Shown here: positions 24,531 through 40,711 of the stretch, in pieces
Layout: each line of letters starts with the position of its first letter
Position numbering within the stretch: position 1 is the first letter of the stretch
DNA from: Felis catus
Taxonomy: Eukaryota
Direction: 5' to 3'
Assembly (NCBI RefSeq): GCF_018350175.1
Contig: NC_058369.1
Coordinates: forward strand, 18,726,001-18,790,000
Length of the DNA: 64,000 nucleotides
Program-made: the position numbers and the translations under genes
Notes under the pieces: generated by a model
What the model was told of the DNA's origin: nothing
The model's database searches: none
The model's input: the letters and a program-made list of their open reading frames with translations, nothing else

Positions 24531-27500
24531 GGAGAGAAGGGAGATGTGGAGGGCTTTATGCTTGACAGTGCACACGAGTGTGTAGAAGAAGACAGGGCTT
24601 GGAGAACGTGGACTTAGGGGTGGGAGGGTGCACCCCTCAGAGGACCCTACATACAGGTGTATGGGGGACGCTGCTCGGTGTGTTCTGGCATGGTGCCCTT
24701 GATTGCATGAGTCGAGCGTGTGGGAGTAGAATTCAGACCGGGATACATGGTGTGGGCCTTGTAGGCTCACCCCCTCAACCTATCCCTTACACGTGCCAGG
24801 CTCCTGTCAAGTTCTAGAGTGGAGGTGGTGGCTACTGGGAGCAGTAGTGATTTCTCTCTTGACATGCCATCGGCTCAGGCCTACACCTGAGTTGTGGCCA
24901 AGTGTTGTCCATCCTGCATCCAGTATATCTGGAGACAGACTGGGGAGGTGGGCTGGGCCTTCCTAGGGTGGGGGCAGTGTTGAGAGGAGCCTGTACTGGG
25001 ACTGGTCAGTCTTGTTAGCAGTCTCATGCCTGTCCTCACAGAGTGGACACAGAGGGACCTGGAACGCATGGAGAACATCCGATTTTGCCGCCAGTACCTG
25101 GTGTTCCACGACGGGGATTCAGTGGTGTTCTCAGGGCCTGCAGGCAACAGTGTGGAGACCCGCGGGGAGTAAGTTTGAGGGAAGAAGCTTGTGGGCAAAA
25201 CCATAGCCATCTGCAAACCTTTTATGAAAGCCTTGTGTACCATGTGTCTTGGTGCAGGTAGGGCCCTGAAGGGAGGCCAGGAGCCAGGTTCTTGCCCCTT
25301 GTAAGCTCAGTAACCTGGCCTCATAAGCACTGGAGGCTTTGACCACATTTGGGCCCGGACTAGAGCCCATGGAGCTTCAGGGAGGCTGGGGAGAGTACAG
25401 CCTCTGCACCAGGCAGGAGAGGCAAGGCCAGCTGCCATGGTGGAGCTAGAAGGGCTGCAGGGGCTGATGTGGGACCAAAGTGTCAAGAATCTTGTCTAAG
25501 AGGTTGTGGTCAATAAGGGGGCAGGATGGGGCTATCACTGTATAATCCCGAACTGCTACCTGTGTTCTCTTCAGGCTGCTGAGCAGAGACTCTCCTTCAG
25601 GCGCCATGAAAGCTGTGCTGCGCAAGGCTGGAGGCACGAGCCCTGGGGAGGAGAAGCAGTTCCTGGAGGTGAGTCTGCATGAGACCAGGTCGTGGGCAAC
25701 TGGGGGCTCAGTCCCACAGATGAGGTTCTGTTGTGGGGAGGGGGACAGGTAACCTGATGCCCAGATGTCCTCAGGTCTGGGAGAAGAACCGGAAGCTCAA
25801 GAGCTTCAACCTGTCGCTGCTGGAGAAACATGGGCTTGTGTATGAGGACGGTGAGACAGCTGGCTGGTGAGCAGACAGGGTGGACAGGAGGGGCAGCCAT
25901 AGCCCAGGGCTCCCCCTGATCAGCCTTCCTTGCACCCAGACTGCTTTGGCTGCCTGTCCTGGTCGCACTCGGAGACACACTTGTTGTATGTGGCAGAGAA
26001 GAAGCGCCCCAAGGCTGAGTCCTTCTTTCAGACAAAAGCCTTGGACATCAGTGGCAGCGATGATGAAATGGCCAGGCCGAAGAAGCCAGACCAGGCTGTC
26101 AAGGTGCTCATGTTCATGGCCAGTCCAAGAAGGTCCTTCTGGGCAGCCTAGGGCTCAGCGTGCTCCCTGCCCACATTGTGCCTGCCAGAACTGGGGGAGG
26201 TGGGGGTGGGGGGGCGCTGACTTCTAGGGGGCAGGCAAGACAGGCTGGGCATTGAGTGTCTTGTGTTCTTAGGGGGATCAGTTTGTGTTTTACGAAGACT
26301 GGGGAGAAAACATGGTTTCCAAAAGCACTCCTGTGCTCTGCGTGCTGGATGTTGAGAGCGGCAACATCTCTGTGCTTGAGGGGGTCCCTGAGAGTGTGTC
26401 CCCTGGACAGGTTAGCACTGACTTGGCCTACCCCACTCCTGGAGTCTGGGGGGCCCTGCTTGAGCCACTGCTCCTTGTTCACACTTGCCCTGGGGTTTTG
26501 TTTACAGGCATTCTGGGCCCCTGGAGACACAGGTGTGGTGTTTGTAGGTTGGTGGCATGAGCCCTTCAGGCTGGGCATCCGCTTCTGCACCAATCGCAGG
26601 TGAGGAAGCAGAGCAGGACAGGGGGCCTCACAGCTCAGGCTGGTTCTGAAGCTGAGTGTCTCTCTGGTGGTTCCAGGTCAGCCCTTTACTACGTGGACCT
26701 CACCGGGGGTCAGTGTGGTAAGTGCTGGTGCCCACCTGTGCTTTGTTGACACACGCTGGCCTTGCCAGCCTGCATGATGCTCACATTTTCATCTGGTCTA
26801 GAGCTTCTCTCAGATGACTCTTTGGCTGTGTCCTCTCCCCGGCTGAGCCCAGACCAGTGTCGCGTCATCTACCTGCAGTACCCATCTCTGGTCCCCCATC
26901 ATCAATGTAGTCAGCTATGTCTGGTGAGCTGGAGGTGGGCGGGGAGTGGTCAGCAAGAGGAAGGGATGGTGGATGAGAGCAGAAGGGTCAGCTTCATCTC
27001 CTCATGGGCCCCTCACGGGCCCCCTTCTGTCCTGGGTGCCGTGATGGTGTGAGTTCTGCCTGTCTTCCCAGGGCCAGTCCCTGGAGGCTAAGCATGCTGG
27101 CCTGGGGGGGGTGGGGGGGGGGCTTTGCTGTCAGGACTCACCACCTTGGAGCACCCTCTGTCTACGAGAATGCTCCTCCTTTTTCTTCTCATCGGCCAGG
27201 CTCTGCAAGGGGCTAGGATAAAGTGTGCAGTTAGAGTCTTAGTCCTTCCCCAAGAAGAGCTCTGGGCTCCCTGTGAAAGTCAGAGGCCCCTCCAGATGTC
27301 TGTCCAGGTCACCAGAAAGGAGATACATTGGGCTTGTCTCAGGTCCTCCCCTCCCCTGAGGCTACCCAGGGTTATCAGAGAAGAAGATGGGTACAGAGCT
27401 CTGGGCCCTCAGGACGCTGCCAGTCCCTTGGTGGGCCTGACCAGGGTGTTCTCTTGCAGTACGACTGGTATACCAAGGTGACTTCAGTGGTGGTGGACGT

Positions 27501-30500
27501 CGTGCCTCGGCAGCTGGGAGGTAAGGAGTGTGTCTTTGGGTGGATGCAGTGAAGCCTGCAGTTCTGTTTTCCCTCCATCTGTCATTTGCATGCAGGGCCA
27601 GCTGCCTCAGCTCTTCTTTCCAGGGTTCCGTCTGAAGTATCCCTCCCTGTCGGGCCAGCCCCATGACCAGCCTGCACAGGGAGTGGGGCCATCACCATAG
27701 GGAGCGGTTCTGATAGAAGGAAGTCAGCTGGACCAAAGCTGAGATCAGAGTGGCCCAAGCTGGCAGGGGATTTAGATGGTTTCATCCCCGTGCTGCAGCT
27801 CCTCGGTAGACCTTATGTTTCCAGTGGCTGGTTAAATCCTCTGTTCCAGTGGGGTCTCAGAAAGTACACTAGGTTGGAATGTCCTACTTGAAATGCTCCA
27901 AGCTCAAGGGTACTGCATTGTTCCACTCCTAGTCCCTACCCTAGCGTTTGTCCCATCCAAGCCTTTGAGTCAGTGGGGTCTCTGGGTGGGTGGCTCTTGG
28001 CCAACAGGGTCTGGTCACAGTCTCAAGTGTTCACTGCTTTGTTTGGGATCCTGAACCATCCCAAGGACCTGAGGGGTTATAGTCTCTTTGTTCAGGACAC
28101 CTGCTCAGTTCCAGGGGTCCAGTGAACAAGATATGTTGTCTTTATCTTCTTTTGGGGTTGCAGGGATACAGTGGTGGGGATCTGGTCTGAATCCCAGCTC
28201 TGTTCCTTATTAGCTATGGGTCCTTGGGTGGTGTCCTCACCTCTTTGAGCTTCATTTATTATCTGTGTGGGGATGGACCTGTGCTGCTTTATAGCATTGT
28301 AGTGAGGGTTAAATGAGTGATGTTGAAGTATGGAATTTATTCAGCCCCCTTTGCCAGGCACTCTGCTAAACACCATAATGGACAGAAAGGTGTCATCTTG
28401 GTTACAGCACTTGGTCCCTATCAGGGACCCAATAAGAGCAGTTCATAGGAGAGCCAGTGCTTTTCTTCCAAGCAGCTATGGTTTCTCTCAGAAGCTCTTG
28501 AACTCTGCCTCTCCTGGGTCCTCAGAGGTGTCCACCCCCAGCCCCCTCTTCAGGCACCCCCTCATCACCTAGGGTATCCCCATGTGTAAGACTGCCATTC
28601 TGTCACAGCTGCAGGGGCCTCTTGTGAATTCCTCAGCAGCCCAGCCTGCCTCATAGTCTTGACCTCCCATACCTCCACTGCCAGATATAGCCCTCAGCCC
28701 TCCCATCTTTGCAGAGGACTTCTCTGGGATCTACTGCAGCCTTCTGCCTTTGGGATGCTGGTCAGCTGACAACCAGAGAGTGGTTTTTGACTCAGCTCAG
28801 CGTAGCCGGCAGGTAAGGGGCCCTGTGTTGAGAGGCAGACTCTCTGACCAACCTCCAGGAGCCCTGGGCCTGGGGCATAGCATATGCACACTGCTAGCTG
28901 GAATTCCTAGCCATAAGGTCTTGCGAGTCCCTTCCCTGCCTGCCCCTGTCCTGGACTTACTTTTTCTTGAGGAGGCTGCTGCCTGCCCTGGTGCCCCACG
29001 ACAGAACCCTTGGCCTTTCCTCCTGAGGCAAATGTGTGATTCCCCTTCTCCCAGGCATTTCCAGCTGGAGAACAGGGGGGCTGCCACTAGGGTGGGTCCC
29101 CAAACACTATACAGGGAACTGACAGAGATGGGACAGAAGCTTTCTCCCAGGAATTGGGTGGAGACACCTATAGTGTGCCAGACTTTTGAGTGTGATATCA
29201 TTTGTTCCTCGTGCTACTTCAGGGGCTCGGAGGCATTCCTTGCCTTGCCCAGAGTCAGGCAGCAAGTTGTGATGGGGCTGGGATTTGAGTCCAGGCCTTC
29301 AAGCCACTACTTACTGCACTGAGGAGCTGTTGCCATAATTGCTTACAGCCCTGCCCTGGCCCACAGGTCCCTAAGAGAGGAGGTGGGAGAGGGACTCATA
29401 GGGCTCTTGGATGTGGTGCCACATGTGGGCTCCCCTTTGCTTCAGGACCTGTTTGTTGTGGACACCCAGATGGGCACTGTGACCTCCCTGACAGCTGGTG
29501 AGCAGGGCTGGTGAGCAAGCCAGCCAGGCCAGGGGTGGGACTGGGACTCCAGCACCACATGGGGCAGTAGTGGCACTCTGGGCCACTCTGCACTGCTGAC
29601 TGTTCTGCAGCCTTTACTGCATCTCTCAAGGACCCTGACCATGCAGGACCTTCCCAGCCAACAGACTGCCTCCCTTCTCCACTCTGCTCTGCACATCCCG
29701 GCCCTGCTTCCGCACACCCCTGCTCCTCAAACCTACAAAGTTTTCTCTTGCCAAGATCTGCCAGAGTCATCCTTCCCTGGCCTCCAAAACCTCAGAGGCG
29801 GCTCTGCCATCCCAAGGCCCATGAGGAACCCTGTGTTGGCTCCCTCATCTTCCTCTTATGTGGGCCTGTGACGCTGCCACTAAAATGTCTTTTGAGTTCT
29901 ATGCCTGCCCTGACAATAGTCATTCCTCCACAAAGCTTTCAAAGTATTGTTCCTAAACTGTATTGCATGATACACTCCCTGCTTAAGAATCTCCTTGGAC
30001 CCCACTGCCCAGAATCAGCAGCACTCCAACCACCCAGGCCTAGCTGCCAGCCTTGAAGACTGTAGTCATTAAGTGGTGGGTGGACGTGCCATGGAAGTCT
30101 GTTGTGTCCCCAGATCTGGCAGTCCCTGGGCTTAGTTAGCATCTGCTGGATGAACAAGGGACTAAGCAGGAGGGTCGCCCATGGCTATGTGCAGTATGGT
30201 GTCCTTTTGTGGGTATCCCTTTGCTTCTCAAGGTAAAAGGGACACCTTGGAATACAGCCACCAGCCTGGGACTCTGGTTATGCAGGGAGTGGGTGGGAAA
30301 GGTGGTAGCATCTGCCTTCCCCAGGGGGGTCTGGTGGAAGCTGGAAGCTGCTGGCAATTGACCGGGACCTCATGGTGGCACAGTTCTCCACGCCCAGCCT
30401 GCCCCCAAGCCTGGTGAGTGTTGGTGGGCCCCAGACCAGGAGGTGAGGGTTCTGAGTAGGCAGAGCTCCCTAGGTCAGAGAACTGGCCTGAGTCTGACTA

Positions 30501-33049
30501 TGGCTGGTTAGCATTTGAGAGACCAAGACGAAGGCCCAGGATGGTCCACAAGGTCTGGCACCCATTGGAACTACCAGGTGTAGGTCTGCTCTATAAAGAA
30601 CAGGGTGCCTGGGAAAGTGGCCAATACTCTGACGTAGCAGAGCACAAGGAGACAGTAGAACCTAAAGGCTCAGAAGGGAGGTGTGTGCGTGTTTGTGCCT
30701 CTGTATATACCAGCTCACAACAGGAGTCTCTCTGGAGGATGTACCCTCTGGAGGTGGGTAGAAGGCCCAAGCATAGTGAGAGCTGCCCACCTCCCACCCT
30801 GGGCAGAGGTAGAAGGGCAGGGAGGCAGCCAGACCACCTATGACACACTCTTTCCCCTTGGCAGAAAGTTGGGTTCCTGCCTCCTGCAGGGAAGGAGCAG
30901 GCAGTATTGTGGGTGTCCCTGGAGGAGGCTGAGCCTATTCCGGACATCTCCTGGGCCATCCGGGTACTGCAGCCACCGCCAGAGCAAGAGAATGTGCAGT
31001 ATGGTGAGCTGGGCCATGGCAGAGGGACACCTTCTCCAAGTTCCCCAGCACACGGCTTCTGTGGTCACCGTTCTTGCCTCCGGTCTCACATTGTGGGGTT
31101 TCTTGGGATTACCTCTAAGAGATTTTCTGTTCCCCTTAGGCATGGTTATGGGGAATAGCATCTGGGTATCTGGACACCTACTCTGGGTATCAGGGCTGGG
31201 CATCACCAGGCCAAATCCTCTGCGGTAGGGAAACCAAGGCTCAAAGAAGACAGGCCTTATTTGAGGTCTCTGGCCACCCCTCATCCAAAATGCTGTTCCA
31301 GCTGATTGGGGTCCTTGACTAGGGCAGGAGTGTGACTCCTGGGGTCCAAGTGTCTCAGCGCAGGCTACCTTGGCCAGATCACTCTTCCAGAGGTCAGCCC
31401 CAGCTACAGCTACAGCTCAGGTAGCTGCAGCTACAGCTCAGGAAGCCCCTGGGCAGCAGGACTGGCTCTGCTGACTGCTGTCTTTTCCCTGCAGTTGGCC
31501 TTGACTTTGAAGCAATCCTTCTACAGCCCAGCAACCCTCCAGATAAGACCCACGTGCCCATGGTCGTCATGCCCCATGGTAGGCACCTGGTCTAGGAGCC
31601 CCTGCCCTCTCATCACTCGTCCTAGCTGGCTCTTTCACCCTCTGCTCCATGTCTGCAGGGGGACCCCATTCATCCTTTGTCACTGCCTGGATGCTGTTCC
31701 CAGCCATGCTTTGCAAAATGGGTTTTGCAGTACTCTTAGGTGAGTGAGCAGGGCGCTGTGGCGGTGGTAAGGCTGTGGAGGGTGATGGAGTGGTCTGGTT
31801 TGTACAAGCATCATAGGTACCACCCTAGTCTCCAGGCTTCTCTGCAGCCTGGACCTGGCAACCATCACCAGGAACTGGTGTGGCCCAGCCTCAGGCTCCA
31901 TGGGGACTTCCATGGAAAGTGCTGTGGTCACTGGGCAACAGCCTCAAATCTCTTGGCCCCTTCGCCTTGACAGTCTGTGGTACAGCTGGCCTCAAAGCCT
32001 ACTTCACAGATGGGTGAAAAGAGTGTCCAGAGGGCTGGGAATGTCCCTTAATCACCCTGTCTGGTTCCTCTCTGGCTTCCAGTGAATTATCGTGGCTCTA
32101 CGGGTTTTGGCCAGGACAGCATCCTCTCCCTTCCCGGCAACGTGGGCCACCAGGATGTGAAGGATGTCCAGGTAGCAGGGGCTGGGGGGTAAACCGTTAG
32201 GGTGTGCTCCATTCAGCTGGGTGGGCAGCTGGCTGCAGCACACTCTGCCCCACCCTGTAGTTTGCAGTAGAGCAGGTGCTCCGGGAGGAACACTTTGATG
32301 CTGACCGAGTAGCTCTTATGGGTGGTTCCCACGGTGGCTTCCTCTCCTGCCACTTGATTGGTCAGTATCCTGAGACCTACAGTGCCTGTGTAGTGAGGAA
32401 CCCTGTGATCAACATTGCCTCCATGATGGGCTCCACTGACATCCCTGACTGGTGAGTGTGCTCCACAGGTCCCTGCCCTTCTCTGTCTCACCTCATACCC
32501 CCATGGAGCCCCTACATGCTTCAGGGCTCCTGGGGCTGTATCAGCGCAGTCTCTTGCAGGTGCGTGGTGGAGGCTGGCTTCCCCTACAGCAGTGACTGCC
32601 TGCCAGACGTCAGCGTGTGGGCTGAGATGCTGGACAAGTCACCCATCAAGTATACCCCTCAGGTATACATCCCTCCTTCTGCCCAGTGTGCGGCCAATCT
32701 GTCCAGAGCCTTGGGGCCCTGCTCACTACCACTCCCCACATCCCCAGGTGAAGACACCGCTACTACTGATGCTAGGCCAGGAGGACCGGCGTGTGCCCTT
32801 CAAGCAAGGCATGGAGTATTACCGTGCCCTCAAGGCCCGGAACGTGCCTGTTCGGTGAGTGCATCAGGACAGCCCTGGCAGCTGGTGGGCAGGTGAGCAG
32901 GGAGAGCCGTCCAATCTCAAACATTGCTGCCCGACCACTACAGGCTCCTGCTCTATCCCAAAAGCACCCATGCACTTTCAGAAGTGGAGGTGGAGTCAGA
33001 CAGCTTCATGAATGCTGTGCTTTGGCTGCACACGCACTTGGGCAGCTGA
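24254..33049 (+). CDS. APEH: Acylamino-acid-releasing enzyme (acylpeptide hydrolase, S9C), complete, 732 aa; join(24254..24265,24341..24473,25042..25168,25575..25668,25775..25850,25940..26103,26273..26410,26508..26599,26677..26717,26802..26923,27460..27520,28715..28812,29446..29497,30325..30413,30865..31003,31495..31578,31659..31739,32083..32171,32261..32451,32560..32662,32748..32854,32944..33049)
   Basis: Starts [32 protein letters not shown]. It has the nucleophile elbow GGSHGG (exon 19), [14 protein letters not shown] (Asp) and KSTHALSE (His), and ends WLHTHLGS*. The 22 GT-AG exons sum to 2,199 nt. Confidence 0.98.
28186..28330 (+). mobile_element. MIR SINE remnant in APEH intron 11
   Basis: GAATCCCAGCTCTG...CCTTGGG...CACCTCTTTGAGCTTCA...GTGAGGGTTAAATGAG matches the MIR core pattern. 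Confidence 0.65.
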
Positions 33050-33192
33050 AGCCATGCCTCCCTGCATGAGCTGGTTGGCATAAGCCACACTTTCCTCTTG
33101 GAGAGCCCCAGGGTCTGGCAGATCGGCAAGAGGATTCCTGGGCTCTGGACTCCATGGATGGGTGAGCTGAGGAATGTAGGCTATACAGTCAT

Positions 33193-33198
33193 AATAAA
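33193..33198 (+). terminator. APEH polyadenylation signal AATAAA
   Basis: AATAAA ~145 nt after the stop, with GT-rich sequence downstream (TGGTACTTTGT). Confidence 0.8.
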
Positions 33199-33633
33199 TG
33201 AGGACACAGAATCTGGTTCCTGCTGGTACTTTGTACCAAGCCATCCCTAACTCCAGCCTCACCCTGGGGGTTGAGAGACCATAGGCTCTGGGTGTGGTAA
33301 CCTTAAGGACCTCACCTACCTCCAATGTGAGAGGGAGGGGACAGTGAGAGGCTCAGCTGCTGCCTGTCAGGGCCAACTGGGATACTCCCAGGCTAGCTGT
33401 CTCTGCAGCAGCTCCTTCTGTTAGAAACTGCCCTACACCACCCTTCTCTTACCACCAATTTGTCTAGGGAACTAGTGAGGCCCTGCTCTTCCACAGTGGC
33501 CACAGGCTAAGGTAGTCCTAAAAACCAGGTCTCCTAACCCAGCTATGCTGGGCTTGAACCACGTGCATACAGCAACTGATTTCCTAGCAGAGGCTAAGAA
33601 GCATCCTGCACAGGTGTAAAGAGGAGAGGCAGC

Positions 33634-33639
33634 TTTATG
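33634..33639 (-). terminator. MST1 variant polyadenylation signal CATAAA
   Basis: TTTATG on + (CATAAA on -) ~55 nt after the MST1 stop. I saw no canonical AATAAA on - nearby. Confidence 0.6.
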
Positions 33640-33692
33640 TCTGACAACAACCTTTGTTCTCTCTCCAAAGTAAATGGGATTGAAGGCTGGGC

Positions 33693-38253
<4,561 letters not shown>

Positions 38254-38372
38254 TCTCCTGGCTGGAGGCTGCACTGTGACCCACCACAGCCGCATCCGGG
38301 AAGTTGTGAAACCTGTCCCTACGGGATTGGGTGGCTCTGCCTCCACACCCCCACCCCAGGCCTGCTAGAGCC

Positions 38373-38385
38373 TGACCTGAGACCC
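38373..38385 (-). promoter_or_regulatory. DR1 / HNF4-type element in the MST1 proximal promoter
   Basis: GGGTCT-C-AGGTCA on the - strand, 120-132 nt upstream of the main ATG. MST1 is known to be liver-expressed and HNF4-dependent. Confidence 0.6.
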
Positions 38386-38949
38386 AGTGGCAGGAATGGG
38401 GGTGGAGCCAGGCCTCAGGCCCCCTGGGTGAAATGTCAGGCCCCTTACTCTGGCCTATGTAGTGGGCAGGTGCTGGAAAGTTTCAGTGGGGACACTTGAT
38501 GTGCCCTGGGGTAGGGATGGAGACACCCTGAAGCTCACATTGCTCTGAAGGGGAAGTTAGTGTGGACATATTGCTGCCAGAGGCTGGGGAGCCCCTGGGT
38601 GGTGTGATATTAATCTTTTCTGAGCCTCAGCTTTTCCTCGTAAAGTGGCAAATGTTCCCTGACCCAGCCTCAAAGCAGCCTTCCCCTTTTGCTGTCTTAT
38701 CTGCCCCAGCTGTAGGCAGGTCAGCCCACGCCCCTGGCAGCAGGGCCCAGAGAGGCTCTCCTCGCCTTGCCACAGGTGCCATCCCAGGAAAGGTAAGCGA
38801 GGCGACCTGTTTGGCCTGAATGGAAGTGGGGGTGACAGGTTGCGAGGACCTTGGCAGATAGCCTTTCAAATGTCCTAGCAACCTCTGGGCTGGGCCTCCA
38901 GGTATGGGTAGGAGTTGCGATAGGCGGCCTGGGGCTCCAGTTAGTACAT

Positions 38950-39500
38950 AGCATTCCGACCCGGCTAGGCTAGGTGCTTCTCTTGCGCAGGCGGGGGTCA
39001 GAGGCGGTTGGGCTGTCCGGCGACGCAGAGGCCCTGAACTACCCGGCTGGAGGCCGCGAGGGGGCTCCCTCGAGGACGCCCAGCGCTGACTGGTGCGCCT
39101 GCGCGGCAGGCGCGCGGTTTGGCCCTGGAGGCGCGCCGTAGACAAGAGGCTGGGCGGATGTTGTGAGCCGGGGCGCCGCGGCCGAGGCTGGGGGTGAGTG
39201 AGGGGCGGCTGGGTTCCGAGTCCGGCGGGTCCCCGCGGCTTCCCTCGCACCTGCGGCCGGCCCGGCGAGGGTGCTCACAGCTCAGGGCTTACAGCCTGTG
39301 ATGCGAGACTCCGGGCTGGAGTTGACCTGAAGGTTTCTCCGGAGCTTGGGGCCGGGCGGGGGCGACTTGGGGGAGACATGCGCTGCTCTTCGCGTCCTTG
39401 GGCTCCGAGATGGGGTCGGTTCGGTCCGGAGCCCGGATTCCTCGGCGGGGCTGGACAGGATCGACGTGGCAGGGAATCCCCGAGCAAAGTCAAGGTCCGC
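38950..39500 (+). promoter_or_regulatory. RNF123 CpG-island promoter and non-coding exon 1 (donor at 39193/39194), with an NRF1-like site at 39094-39105
   Basis: CpG-dense stretch containing TGCGCCTGCGCG and GGG|GTGAGT. The next acceptor (40682) precedes the RNF123 ATG. Confidence 0.7.
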
Positions 39501-39814
39501 CTATCAGCTGGGTCCTCAGCACCTGACACCCAGAGTGGATGTCTGGAAGGTTTGCTGATCAAATGAGTGATCAGGTCTAATCTGCCCTGCACCTACTCTG
39601 GTATGAGAGGCGCAGCGGTCATGGATGCCAGCGGAGGGCCCGTGGTAGGCGGCAAGGCGGGACAGTCACCTTCTCGAGGGGCGGGCGTGGTGCAGACTGT
39701 GAATGGGCAAGGGTGTGTGGTGGGAACGGAGGACCTGTTTGAGGTGAGATAAGGAACTGGGCTGCGGAGAAGGGAGTGCAGTCTAAGGCAGTGCTAGAAG
39801 GCCAGGCTGTAGAC

Positions 39815-40017
39815 CAGCGCTGTCTAACAGAACTTTCTGTGATGATGGAAATGTTCTGTTTTTAGTGTCTCGTACAGTAACCACTAACCATATGTGGCTG
39901 CTGAATCCTTGAAATGTGCTTAATATAACTGAGAAGTTGAATTCTTAATTTTTATGTTTTAATTCAAATTTAAATAGTCACATATGGCTAATGGCTACTG
40001 TATTGGGGACAGCACAG
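39815..40017 (+). mobile_element. MER3-like hAT-Charlie non-autonomous DNA transposon, near full length
   Basis: CAGCGCTGTCTAACAGAACTTTCTGTGATGATGGAAATGTTCT...CACATATGGCTAATGGCTACTGTATTGGGGACAGCACAG, flanked by an 8-bp TSD CTGTAGAC/CTGTAGAT. Confidence 0.85.
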
Positions 40018-40711
40018 CTGTAGATCAGTGAGGCAGTTACCAGCGACTTAGTGCATCTGCAGCTGCAGCAACACCATGACATGTAAGGGATGGACAGCAC
40101 TGGGAAGACCAGCAGGGTCTGCAATGATAGCTGGGTGGTGCTCTGATGGAGCTGAGATGATGGATGAGAGGCTGTGTGTGTGAGTGGGAACAAGCCCTTT
40201 GGAAAAGAGAAGGGAAGATCCTGGCCTTAGGTATCAGTAGGACTTGTAGGTGGAGATGGCCCCAAGCCCTTGGATGGTGGACCACACTTGGGGAATGTGG
40301 TGTAGGGTTCTCTCTACTGGGAATGAGCTAGACCTAGTGTGGCTTACAACTGAGAAGGATACAGGGTCTCTGTCTCTAGGCCACCTCACTTTGGACAGTT
40401 TGGTCTGATTTTCCTGGGGTTGAGACATTTAGTTTGGTTTAACAAACCTGTATCTGGCAACTGCTCTCCGTTGGGCCCTGTGCTGAGCACTGGAACATGG
40501 TGGAGCCCTGTGTAGGAAGCTGGGAACCCCTGGTTTCTTGCCCCTGGTTGGTTTGTGTGTGAGTGTGCATGTACCTGGTCTCACCTGCTCCCAAGCTTTC
40601 TTGCTGCCCCAGAACTGAGGTGGGTATGGGGGCCCTTGGCTGGCCTCAAATAGATAGGCTCTGCCTCCGGCTCAGCCCCCAGGACCGCTGGCTGCCCACA
40701 AGAAATGAAGG

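Noticed and set aside
31401..31442. Short repeat CAGCTACAGCTCAGG in APEH intron 15
   Set aside because: Two copies from local slippage; no spacer array or other structure.
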